Shown piece by piece: positions 26,174 to 35,243 of a DNA stretch of 64,000 nt (position 1 is its first letter; the number at the start of each line of letters is the position of its first letter). The stretch lies in the IMG/VR virus record IMGVR_UViG_3300050821_013910, positions 1 to 64,000 of that record. One strand, 5' to 3'. The notes beneath the pieces were generated by a model that did not search any database, was not told the DNA's origin, and saw only the letters and a program-made list of their open reading frames with translations. The translations under genes and the position numbers were made by a program. The DNA comes from a virus.

Positions 26174-27160
26174 ATGGCCAACAGCGTCGTAGGTCTCGGC
26201 CTGGCATCGCCGCCGGTTCAACTCTCGAATACAGTAAACGCCATCTCGCAGAAGTTTATCGTCCCGGTCCTCGGGGATAACGTCTTCAAGCCTTCCCCCG
26301 TGTTCTGGGCTCTCACCCGCGAGGGGAAGCGATTCGGGGCCGGGGAACTCATCTTCCCTGAGATCTACCAGGAAGAACTCCCAGGCGGCGCCTACTACGG
26401 CGACCAGCTCCTGGACACCTCGGTCGTCGATTCGGTCCAGCCGGCCAACCAACAGTGGAAGCCCTACCGCCAGCCGGTGGTGATCCCCATCACCGACATC
26501 ATCCTCAACCGCGGCGGCTCGAACAACCTGGACATCATCCGCGCCAAGTTCCAGACCGCCTCTGGGTCCTTCCTCCAGAAGCTCTCCCGCGCCCTCTGGC
26601 ACACCTCCCCCCAGAATACCTCTCTCGATATCGACGATCTGAACGCCTGGGTGGTGACCACCACCAACACGATCGCCGGGATCTCGCGCGCTTCCTCGGC
26701 CAATGCCTGGTGGCTCGCTGCAACCGCTGTCTCGGGAGGTTCCGCGGCCCTCACCTCCGCCGTCGCCGAACCCGGCTACCAGTCCGTCACCTGGGGCTAC
26801 GACGAGCCCGACCTGTTCGTGATGCCCCGCGCCTCCTACGCCGCGTTCAAGGGGAACTTCGTCACCAATATCCGGTTCGGGCAGGGGATGCAGGACGACG
26901 AGGCCCTGCAGGTCGGCTTCCGCAACCACTTCCTGTTCAACAATGCGGTCACGGTCGCCGACTACTTCGCCACCGCCAACCAGGCCCTCCTGCTGAACTC
27001 CAAGTACATCTTCCCGGTGTTCCACGAGGCCGACTACTTCAATGTCGATCCGTTCCTGAAGCCGAGCAACCAGCGCGTTCTGGTCTCGTGCATGTATTTG
27101 ACATGGAACCTCTCCTGTATCTCGCCCCGCATGAACGTGGCCTTCACGTCGATCACGTAG
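26174..27160 (+). CDS. major capsid protein
   Basis: about 328 aa, highly biased codons; DNVFKPSPVF..L, EPDLFVM, GFRNHFLFNNA..VAD, LLNSKYI; position in head module. Confidence 0.8.
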   Translation: MANSVVGLGLASPPVQLSNTVNAISQKFIVPVLGDNVFKPSPVFWALTREGKRFGAGELIFPEIYQEELPGGAYYGDQLLDTSVVDSVQPANQQWKPYRQPVVIPITDIILNRGGSNNLDIIRAKFQTASGSFLQKLSRALWHTSPQNTSLDIDDLNAWVVTTTNTIAGISRASSANAWWLAATAVSGGSAALTSAVAEPGYQSVTWGYDEPDLFVMPRASYAAFKGNFVTNIRFGQGMQDDEALQVGFRNHFLFNNAVTVADYFATANQALLLNSKYIFPVFHEADYFNVDPFLKPSNQRVLVSCMYLTWNLSCISPRMNVAFTSIT

Positions 27161-27242
27161 CCCCGAGCCGGGACGAGGGGGCAGACTGGGCCTACCCAGA
27201 TTCAACCCCCTCCTCCCTCCCCTACTGAAGGAGATACTCACC

Positions 27243-27677
27243 ATGGCACTCCCGTTCAACAACCCAGTCTCCCAGTGCATGCCGGGGTTCGGCTCGCCCT
27301 CGTACTACGGATCGGCCACCTCGGGCACCTCGAACACCTCCGCCGTTACGATCATCATCGGGAACACGGCCACCACGCCCTCGACGGGCGGCACCGGCTT
27401 CAACCTCTCGGGCGGCCCCAACCCGACCTCAGGCAAGTGGCACATCCGCATGGTGAACGCGACCTCGACCTCGGTGATGTCCCTCGCTGTCCAGGTCACT
27501 GACGGCAACACCCTCGTGACCGTTGCGACCATTCCCGTCGCGGCGGCCGGAGGGTTCGTCGACTACACCGGCGAGTTCAAGACCGACGTGAGTATCACGC
27601 AGGTCTGGTTCAACGTCGGGCTGTCGACCGGGACGAGCACGCTGGTGCCGATCGACGCTGAGGTTTCGCTCGTGTAG
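27243..27677 (+). CDS. putative capsid decoration protein
   Basis: beta-rich, S/T/G-rich, strong RBS, follows the MCP. Confidence 0.55.
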   Translation: MALPFNNPVSQCMPGFGSPSYYGSATSGTSNTSAVTIIIGNTATTPSTGGTGFNLSGGPNPTSGKWHIRMVNATSTSVMSLAVQVTDGNTLVTVATIPVAAAGGFVDYTGEFKTDVSITQVWFNVGLSTGTSTLVPIDAEVSLV

Positions 27678-27731
27678 GACGGGCTGGTCCGAGCCGTCTA
27701 ACTAATCGTGCTGCGCCTACTGCCTATAATC

Positions 27732-27771
27732 GGCCAGCGTCCTGCCTGACCGGGAGACGCTGGCCATTTTT
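27732..27771 (+). terminator. intrinsic terminator after capsid genes
   Basis: GGCCAGCGTC...GACGCTGGCC followed by ATTTTT; TATAAT immediately upstream (27725-27730). Confidence 0.65.
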
Positions 27772-27794
27772 CGTAGGAGGAAGGAGAGTCTACT

Positions 27795-29102
27795 TTGGCA
27801 CAATGGTCCTTGGTAGGAGATGCGCTACTGGCCCTCCGCGAGATGGCCGCCGATCCCCCCTCTGCCCTCCCCGCCCCCCTTCTCACCTCCGTCACCCCCT
27901 CCCCCACCGGCTCGACCCTGCTCTGGTTCACGGTCACCCAACTGACCCCCTGGGGCGAATCCGCCGCCAGCCTTGAGCAGGCCGTCACCACCGGCGCTCT
28001 CAACTCCACTTTCACCCTCGCCGGGACCTGCTCGTTCGCCGCCACCTCGCTCCGGGTCTACTTCACTCTCGCTGCCTCCGCCGGGGAGGACCGCTACTCC
28101 GAATACCCGATCCCCTCCGGTGGCATCGGCGCCTTCTCCATCACCTTCACCCTCTCGGGCACCGGCGCGCTCGGCACGGCGGCGCAGGGGGCGATCACGC
28201 CGGGGTTCGCGCCCACGAGGTCGTCGGCGTGGCTGCCGGACACGGATGGGACAGCGTTGTCGGCGGCGGCTCTCTTCCGGTGGATCAACGAAGGCCTTGA
28301 CGCCACTACCGCCTTGGCTGAAGGTATCCGCGACGTGACTGGAATGCCCTCCACCTCCGGTCAAGCTCAGTACCAAGTCATATCTAACTGGCGCAAACTA
28401 ACCTCAGGCTTCTACGACGGCTATCCAATAACTATGGGCAGTAAGTCGGACGTGTTCCGCAGGTCCAACGTCGTGGGAATATCCGGCGTTACGGTCCTTA
28501 ATCAAGACTCGGTGGTTCAGCAAGTAGAGCTATACCCGCAGTCCTCGCGGACCTCTGGCGCTGGCACACTTACCGGATCATTATCAGCGACTGCTACCTC
28601 TATCCCCTACACGCCGGGAGCAACGGGATGGGTTCTGGGATTCGGACTGGCTCTGCTTGGTCCTTACCCCGCTGACCCCTCCGCCAACGAGCTAATCTAT
28701 TACTCAGGGAACGTATCTAACACTCTCGCTCCGTGCACCCGAGGCATGGGAGGGACAATCGCGCAGGCATGGCCCACCGGGACACTAGTCTCTGAATGTA
28801 ACATCTACTTCTCGGGCATCCGCTATCCTATCCACTATTCGCGCGGACAATCTGCTAATCAACTGAACCTTCCCCCCTCGTGGATCGACGCGCTGAAGGA
28901 TTACCTATCTGCGCGATTCAAACAGGCCGAGCAGGATGTTGAAGGAGCGAGTGCGATCTACAAGATATTTGAGCAGAAATGTATGTCGATTAAGGGCAAC
29001 CGCGAAGTTATGTCACCGAGGAGGATTCAGGTTGGCGGAAGTCAGGGACCGGAGACAATTTCCGGAGCAGGTGGGTACTTCGGGGGTGTGATCCTTCCAT
29101 GA
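27795..29102 (+). CDS. head-tail adaptor / tail tubular A-like virion protein
   Basis: LFRWINEG, LNLPPSWIDALKDYLSARFK; position; TTG start with strong RBS. Confidence 0.6.
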   Translation: MAQWSLVGDALLALREMAADPPSALPAPLLTSVTPSPTGSTLLWFTVTQLTPWGESAASLEQAVTTGALNSTFTLAGTCSFAATSLRVYFTLAASAGEDRYSEYPIPSGGIGAFSITFTLSGTGALGTAAQGAITPGFAPTRSSAWLPDTDGTALSAAALFRWINEGLDATTALAEGIRDVTGMPSTSGQAQYQVISNWRKLTSGFYDGYPITMGSKSDVFRRSNVVGISGVTVLNQDSVVQQVELYPQSSRTSGAGTLTGSLSATATSIPYTPGATGWVLGFGLALLGPYPADPSANELIYYSGNVSNTLAPCTRGMGGTIAQAWPTGTLVSECNIYFSGIRYPIHYSRGQSANQLNLPPSWIDALKDYLSARFKQAEQDVEGASAIYKIFEQKCMSIKGNREVMSPRRIQVGGSQGPETISGAGGYFGGVILP

Positions 29103-31417
29103 GTGCGAAGATAGTGTCGCAAAGAAAGTGGGCCAAGTTAGTCGCATCGACTAACTCCCTCTCCCAACCTCCCGGCGCAGTTACTCGGCTGAGTAACCTA
29201 TTGTTCACTCAGCGTGGTGGACTCCAAATCTGTTCCGGCTCCTTCCCCATCGGCTTCCTCCCCGCCTCCTACCCGCTCCCTCTCTCCGTCGCCGTCTTCT
29301 CGAACAACCTCACCCGTCAATACCCTTACTATTCCGCCCTCTCGCAGCGATCCTCTCCCCTGTTCGCCAACGTCACTGGGTTCACCGCCGCCCCCTCCGG
29401 CGCGACCACCAACCCGGCCGGGACCTACCTCTTTGCCATTGTCGCGATTGGCTCCTCCGCTGGCACCGACCACACCGGCATCACCACCCTCGGACCCTTC
29501 GCCGAGTTCACCACCGCCTCCACTTTCGCCTCCGTCATATTCAACTGGACCGCCGTCGTCGGGGCCTATGGCTACCAGATCTGGATGATCAACGCCAATC
29601 CTCTCTTCGGGACCAACCTTCTTGGCTCGCTCATCGCTACTGTCACCCCCGGCACGACCGCCACCTACACCTTCACTGGCACCCTGCCGCTCCCCGCCGC
29701 CCTGACCACCCCTGCGCCCTTCGCCAACACGACCCAGTACCTCAACCTTTTTGTCCTCTATCAGGTCCCGAACCATCCGATCACCGACCTGCTGACCGTG
29801 GGGGTTACTGGCGGCTCCTACCCCGCGCTCCCGCCCCAGGCCGCCTCGCTCCTGCCCGGCGACCCGGCCTTCGTCCCACTGACCCCCGCGCCAGGATTCT
29901 CCCCCTACGGCGGACTGGCCGGGGTGGCCTGCCCGATCCCCCAGCAGTTGACCTTCGCCGGGTTGGAAATCCTGATCCTCGGCAATGGCCTCCCCCCGCA
30001 GTCCTACGATCCCTCCCTCCTCGGAGCCACCCCCCCGGCCGCCCTCACGAACACCTTCACCGCCGCCTATCCGACCTGGCAGCCCTCGGTCTCGTGGCTC
30101 ACTGGCTCGCAGGTCACCGACGGGGCAGGGAACTACTACACGGCCACCCAGGGAGGAGTCAGCCAGACCCCCGGGCCTCCGACCTGGGCCACTGCCAAGG
30201 GCGCCGAGACAGCGGACGGGTCGGTCATCTGGACCTCGCAAGGCCCTATCATCACCCCCCCGGCGCCCCGCGCCGCCGCCCACGCCGTGGCCTACGCCGG
30301 CTCGCTCTGGCTCGCCAACACTTCCCCGACCACCACCACCGACCAGATCGACGGCCCGACCTGTCTGAAAATGTCCGACTCCAACAACCCCAACTCCTGG
30401 AACCCGGTCAACACCGCGTTCATCGGCCGGGACGACGGGACCCAGATCACCGGGCTCCAGCCGTTCACGATCGCCGCGCTGGGGATCTCTCCGACTGGGT
30501 CCCTGTGCGTGTTCAAGGAGTTTCTGACTTTTCAGGTGATCGGGGTCTTTGGCTCATCCTCCTTTGAAATCCAACCCGCGCAGACCAACCTTGGCTGTCT
30601 GGCCGCGCGGTCGATACAATTCCTGCCCGGGTTCGGGGTGGTCCGCTACTCCCACCTCGGGTTCGCCGTGTTCGACGGGATCAACGACCGGCTGATCTCG
30701 GAGGATATTCGGCCTTACCTGTTCGGCGGAGTAGACAGCGAATCCGACCTGACCCCCGTGGACCCGGCCTTCCTCTACCTCAGCCAGTCGGCCCAGACCG
30801 CCTCCCCGCCGATGTACCTCTGTGCCATGCCGCTGGCCGCCTCTCCTGCTGGCGGCCTGGGCTCCGGCATGCTCACCCGCCTCTTCTGCTACGACCTGGT
30901 GATGAAAGCCTGGGCCATACTCGACCTCCCTTGGCCGATCACCTCCCTGAGCGCCGCCACCGGCGGGGAGGGCTATCCACTGGTTCTCGCTGGCAAGACG
31001 GACGGGACCCTCCAGCGCCTCCAGTCCGGCGACCTGGCCTGGAACGAGAACCCCAGCACCGGGGTGGGGACGGCGGTGGCGTGGTCGTTTAGGTCGCCCG
31101 ATGTCTTCGGCGAGGGATCGAGCCAGAAAATCTTCTACCAGGAGGCAATCATTCGCGGCTACGGTTCCGCCGCGATGGTCCAGTCGATCCTTGCCCAACT
31201 CTGGCTGGACGGCAAGAACCTGGGAATGCTGCAACCCATTGACATCGTCCCCCAGGCCGGAACGACACTGTTCGAGGTACGGGTCAGCATTTTCAGGTCG
31301 GGATATCGCGCGCATCTGGATGTCAGCGGGAACAACGGAGGAGCGAGCGGAGTGATCGACGCGATTGACTGGGTCGTCACCCCAAAGAACAGTCAGGCAA
31401 GGCGGGTGATTGGATGA
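29099..31417 (+). CDS. tail nozzle / stabilisation protein (tail tubular B or P22 gp10-like)
   Basis: 772 aa; LKMSD..NPNSW, ITGL, LCVFKE, GCLAARSI, FDG..RLISEDIRP, FCYDL..AW beta-propeller-type motifs. Confidence 0.7.
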   Translation: MSAKIVSQRKWAKLVASTNSLSQPPGAVTRLSNLLFTQRGGLQICSGSFPIGFLPASYPLPLSVAVFSNNLTRQYPYYSALSQRSSPLFANVTGFTAAPSGATTNPAGTYLFAIVAIGSSAGTDHTGITTLGPFAEFTTASTFASVIFNWTAVVGAYGYQIWMINANPLFGTNLLGSLIATVTPGTTATYTFTGTLPLPAALTTPAPFANTTQYLNLFVLYQVPNHPITDLLTVGVTGGSYPALPPQAASLLPGDPAFVPLTPAPGFSPYGGLAGVACPIPQQLTFAGLEILILGNGLPPQSYDPSLLGATPPAALTNTFTAAYPTWQPSVSWLTGSQVTDGAGNYYTATQGGVSQTPGPPTWATAKGAETADGSVIWTSQGPIITPPAPRAAAHAVAYAGSLWLANTSPTTTTDQIDGPTCLKMSDSNNPNSWNPVNTAFIGRDDGTQITGLQPFTIAALGISPTGSLCVFKEFLTFQVIGVFGSSSFEIQPAQTNLGCLAARSIQFLPGFGVVRYSHLGFAVFDGINDRLISEDIRPYLFGGVDSESDLTPVDPAFLYLSQSAQTASPPMYLCAMPLAASPAGGLGSGMLTRLFCYDLVMKAWAILDLPWPITSLSAATGGEGYPLVLAGKTDGTLQRLQSGDLAWNENPSTGVGTAVAWSFRSPDVFGEGSSQKIFYQEAIIRGYGSAAMVQSILAQLWLDGKNLGMLQPIDIVPQAGTTLFEVRVSIFRSGYRAHLDVSGNNGGASGVIDAIDWVVTPKNSQARRVIG

Positions 31418-31553
31418 CCCAGAGCACTGTTATGCCCTTCTCCCTCCCTCTCCTCCCTTCCTCCTCGCTCTCCACCCGCCGCCCCGCTACCATAGTCCCA
31501 GAAGCCCTCCCCCAAGCTACGCGCAGACCTGTGTCCGGAGAGGGAGGAGCCTG

Positions 31554-32081
31554 ATGATTACTGAGACCCAGACCGCTCCTGCCGCCACTCCTATCGTCCC
31601 CGACCCTTCCTCCTCGGTCCTGATCCTCCCGGTCTCCTACGCCGCGATCCTCGACGACCCTGCCGCTCCTGCCCTCCTCCAGTCCTACGCCGAGGAGTGC
31701 CTCGTCCCGGATGCCTCCCCCCAGCGCCAGTTGTACGAGACCATGGAGAGGGTGGGAGCGATCCAGTGCTTCGGGGCCTACCTAGATGGAAACCTGTCTG
31801 GCTTCATCTCCGTCTTCCGGACAATCGTCCCGCACGACGGCCACCTGATCGCCTGCATCGAGTCCTTCTTCGTCTCCGCCCCCGCCCGACCGACCGGGGC
31901 CGCCCTGCTCCTCCTCGCTGCCGCCGAGCACCACGCGACCCTCTCGGGGTGCCGCTGCCTCTTGGCCTCTGCTCGCCTCGACTCCGCGCTCGACCTTCTC
32001 CTCACTCGCCGTCCCGGTTACGCACGGACCCACTCCCAGCACACCCTCTGGCTCAACGGGTACAAAGGAGGGAGGGAATGA
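31554..32081 (+). CDS. GNAT-fold acetyltransferase-like protein
   Basis: GNLSGFI, IESFFVSAPARPTGAALLLLAAAEHHA..GC; start re-called after GGAGG. Confidence 0.7.
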   Translation: MITETQTAPAATPIVPDPSSSVLILPVSYAAILDDPAAPALLQSYAEECLVPDASPQRQLYETMERVGAIQCFGAYLDGNLSGFISVFRTIVPHDGHLIACIESFFVSAPARPTGAALLLLAAAEHHATLSGCRCLLASARLDSALDLLLTRRPGYARTHSQHTLWLNGYKGGRE

Positions 32082-32566
32082 ACCAGCCAAGCCTGATCGA
32101 CCAGACTGCCCTCGCGGCCATCCCCTCTAACGCCCTCGCGCCTCCCTCGCCCGCGACCCTCGACCGGCTCCACGAGGCCGACCGACTGATCCGCTCCTGC
32201 CCCCAGGTCGAAATCCTGACCGAGCACCTCCTCCACGGCGGGATGTACGCGCGGACCATCCGGCGGGGTCCCGGCGTCGTCGCCGTCGGCTCGGTCATCC
32301 TGCGCGCCACCATCCTGATCGTCAACGGCCCGTGCTCCCTGCTGACCGACCGGGGCCGCCTCGACCTCTCCGGCTACAACGTCCTCCCCGGGCTGCCCGG
32401 CCGCAAATCCTTCTCCCTGACCCACGGCCCAGTGGAGATGACTATGATCTTCCCTACCTCGGCCAGGACGGTCGCAGAGGCGGAGGAGGAGATATTCGGG
32501 GAGGCCAGCGACCTGATGTCCAGGCAGGACGGCAACGAGAACCAAGTAACCATCACCGGTCAGTAG
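32078..32566 (+). CDS. cupin-like protein preceding ejection proteins
   Basis: EHLLHGGMYARTI..G, PGRK, AEAEEE. Confidence 0.6.
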   Translation: MNQPSLIDQTALAAIPSNALAPPSPATLDRLHEADRLIRSCPQVEILTEHLLHGGMYARTIRRGPGVVAVGSVILRATILIVNGPCSLLTDRGRLDLSGYNVLPGLPGRKSFSLTHGPVEMTMIFPTSARTVAEAEEEIFGEASDLMSRQDGNENQVTITGQ

Positions 32567-32587
32567 CCCGAGAAAGGACCACGCCCA

Positions 32588-33151
32588 ATGTCCGGCACCG
32601 TTTCCGCCACCACCGCCGCCCTGATCGCCGCCGCCGTCGGCGCGGTCGGCACCGGGGCCGGAGCCTACGAGGCTTACAACTCCTCGGCCGACCAAGCCGA
32701 GGCCCAACAGAAACAGCAGCAGGCCCTCCTCCAGCAACAGCGCCAGCAGGCCACCCAGGCCGACCTGACCAAGCGGGAGGCGGTCCTCGGCGCCCAGGGT
32801 CAGGCTCAGCAGCAGACCGGGGGATCGCTCACGGACCAGGGGACGGCGGCGTTGACGGACCTTCTCGCAGGCTATCCGGGTTATCAAGCTGGGACGAGCG
32901 GCACGGGCGGCTCCGGCACCAGCACCGGCCAGGGAGTCGGCTCCAGCGGCGTTCCCGGCCAGGGCGGGGCAGGCAGCCCCGGTCCCGCGCCCGACATTGC
33001 CGCCATCCTCGCTGCTCTCCGTAACCAGGGAGGAGGCTCTCCCTTCGGCGGCCCCGGCGGCCCCTCCCCCTCCTCCCTCTCCGGCGGCAACTGGCCCTCC
33101 TCCTCCCCCACCCCCTCGACCCGTTTCGAACTCGCCAACCCTCTTCTCTGA
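32588..33151 (+). CDS. internal virion/ejection protein
   Basis: N-terminal Ala/Gly hydrophobic stretch then Gln-rich helix. Confidence 0.6.
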   Translation: MSGTVSATTAALIAAAVGAVGTGAGAYEAYNSSADQAEAQQKQQQALLQQQRQQATQADLTKREAVLGAQGQAQQQTGGSLTDQGTAALTDLLAGYPGYQAGTSGTGGSGTSTGQGVGSSGVPGQGGAGSPGPAPDIAAILAALRNQGGGSPFGGPGGPSPSSLSGGNWPSSSPTPSTRFELANPLL

Positions 33152-33169
33152 GGAAAGGAGTCACCCCAG

Positions 33170-33829
33170 ATGTCCGGCACCCTCTCGGCCACCACCCTCG
33201 CTTCCCTGGCTCCTTACCTCCAGGACGCTACCCAGGTCGCCCAGCTCGGCTCCACGGCCTATAACATGTATAACCAGTACCAGAACCAGCAATACCAGAA
33301 CCTCCTGCGCTCCTACGCCCAGGACCCGGCGAAAATGAACGCCTACGCCGCCAAGTTCACCCAGCCCCTGACCGCCGGGCTCCAGCGGTCGGTCGCCAAC
33401 GAGACCCAGGGCTACCTCGCCTCCCGCGGGCTCTCGGACTCGCCCCAAATCTCCGAACAGGTCGAGGCCCAGGCCATCGCCCCCTACGTCCAGCAGAACC
33501 AGCAGGCCGGGTACCAGGATGCCTTGCAAGCGCTCGGACTGGGCGGCGGGGCGATCCCCCCGGCTCTGCAGCAACAGAACTCGCTCTCTGCGCTGGCCAA
33601 GGCCTTCTCGATGTGGGGCGCGGGCGGGACGGGCGGGGCAGGCAACCTAGCCCAACTCCTCAAACTCTCCCAAGCCGCTCCTACTCCCCCCACCACCCCC
33701 TACGACCTTAGCGGCGACTCTACCATCCCCTACGAGCCGACCCAGACCTGGGACTTCAGCAACTGGCAGCCGGATTACTCGGCGTCGGCCCCAGCCTCGG
33801 CGACCGGCGACACCGGTGGAGGAGGATAA
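33170..33829 (+). CDS. internal virion/ejection protein
   Basis: Q/A-rich, LASRGLSDS; MSGT start shared with the previous gene. Confidence 0.6.
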   Translation: MSGTLSATTLASLAPYLQDATQVAQLGSTAYNMYNQYQNQQYQNLLRSYAQDPAKMNAYAAKFTQPLTAGLQRSVANETQGYLASRGLSDSPQISEQVEAQAIAPYVQQNQQAGYQDALQALGLGGGAIPPALQQQNSLSALAKAFSMWGAGGTGGAGNLAQLLKLSQAAPTPPTTPYDLSGDSTIPYEPTQTWDFSNWQPDYSASAPASATGDTGGGG

Positions 33830-33833
33830 GGTT

Positions 33834-35243
33834 ATGGCTGGCTTCTGGAACGCCCTCTCGGTCCTGGCCCCCGTCGCCCCGGCCCTCTCCGACGCCCAGG
33901 ACATCCGCGCCCAGCGCCAGGCCGACGCCCAGCGCCTGGCCCAGCAGGCCGCCGCCTTCCCCAAGGAACAGGCCCTCCGGGACGCCCAGATCACCGCCGA
34001 ACGCCTCGCCGCCCAATCCGAGCAGCAACGCCTTACCCAGGGCGCCCAGCCTACCATCATCGGTGAGCCCCAGTGGAACCCGGCCACTCACTCGAACCAG
34101 GTCCTGACCTTCGACCGCAACACCGGCGCCCTAGCCCTCCGCGACGCTCCCGGCATCGACCCCTCCGCCGCCGCCTCCGCCAAGTACGCCGCCGCCAAGT
34201 CCGACTACAAAAAGATCGCCGGCCGGGACCTCTCGCCTGAGGAAGACGAGAGCCTTTTCTTCCAGGCCTACGGGTACAAGCCGACCGCCTCCAGGATCAG
34301 CCAGCTCACGGGAGACGCAGGCAAGCCATACAAGGGAAACGACGGCCAGTACTACGTCAACGCCAAGGACGCCACCGGGGCCATTATCCAGATGCCCCTC
34401 GGTCCTAACTACCAGCCTCCCGCTCCCAAGCCAGCCACCTCCCCTTCCGCCATCTTCGCCAATCTCCTGACCAAGCAAATCCTGGCCAGCAAGCGGCAGG
34501 GTCCTCCTCTGTCCGCACAGGAATCCGCCCAACTCGTCGCCACCCGCGCGGCCCTGGACGAAGCCGGAGTCGCCCGCGCCAACGCCATGGCCCAGGCCAA
34601 CGCCGCCAACCACCTCTACCTCGTGACCGACCCCAACACGGGCATGGAGACAGCGATCCCCGTGGCCGCCGGAATCGCCGCCTACAACCAGGGCACTCCC
34701 TTCCTCGCCGGCGCGGTCTCAGCCCCCACCGGTTCCGACAAGAAGAACTCCATCCTCGCCCAGTCGGCCATCCAGCAGGTCAACCGGATGCAGTCGATTC
34801 TCAAGGCTGACCCCAAGCTGACCGGCCCCGGGTCAGGTCAGCTAACCCGGCTCCAGATGTGGCTCGGGACCCAGGACCCCGATGCGCAACAATTCCTCAT
34901 TTCCTCCCTCCTGGCCTCGGAACACGGGGTGGCGGTCTTCGGCGGGAGGAATATCCACACTATCTCGGACCTTCAGAACGCGCTGGGCTCGATGAAGACC
35001 AACCCGGCCGCGCTGTCCGCCGCCCTGGACGTGGTGAAGGAGACGATGGCACCGTTTGCGACGGCGGGGGGGAGGTTGCCGGCACCGGGGACTGGAGGAG
35101 CAGGGGCAGGGGGAGCAGGAGGAACAGGTTCCACCACTCCTCCAAAAAATACAGTCACCCTCAAGGCAGGCGGCAAGGTCTATAACATCCCCCGTGATCG
35201 GGTAGCGGCGTTCAGGAAGGACCATCCCGATGCCACCCAGTGA
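33834..35243 (+). CDS. internal virion/ejection protein
   Basis: MAGFWNAL start, Q/A-rich helical, position. Confidence 0.6.
   Translation: MAGFWNALSVLAPVAPALSDAQDIRAQRQADAQRLAQQAAAFPKEQALRDAQITAERLAAQSEQQRLTQGAQPTIIGEPQWNPATHSNQVLTFDRNTGALALRDAPGIDPSAAASAKYAAAKSDYKKIAGRDLSPEEDESLFFQAYGYKPTASRISQLTGDAGKPYKGNDGQYYVNAKDATGAIIQMPLGPNYQPPAPKPATSPSAIFANLLTKQILASKRQGPPLSAQESAQLVATRAALDEAGVARANAMAQANAANHLYLVTDPNTGMETAIPVAAGIAAYNQGTPFLAGAVSAPTGSDKKNSILAQSAIQQVNRMQSILKADPKLTGPGSGQLTRLQMWLGTQDPDAQQFLISSLLASEHGVAVFGGRNIHTISDLQNALGSMKTNPAALSAALDVVKETMAPFATAGGRLPAPGTGGAGAGGAGGTGSTTPPKNTVTLKAGGKVYNIPRDRVAAFRKDHPDATQ

Noticed and set aside
24845-27280. 811-aa minus-strand ORF and other long antisense or alternate-frame ORFs (e.g. 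38420-40096, 29198-30283, 62758-63780)
   Set aside because: They are shadows of high-GC3 genes in another frame or strand, with no motifs or RBS.
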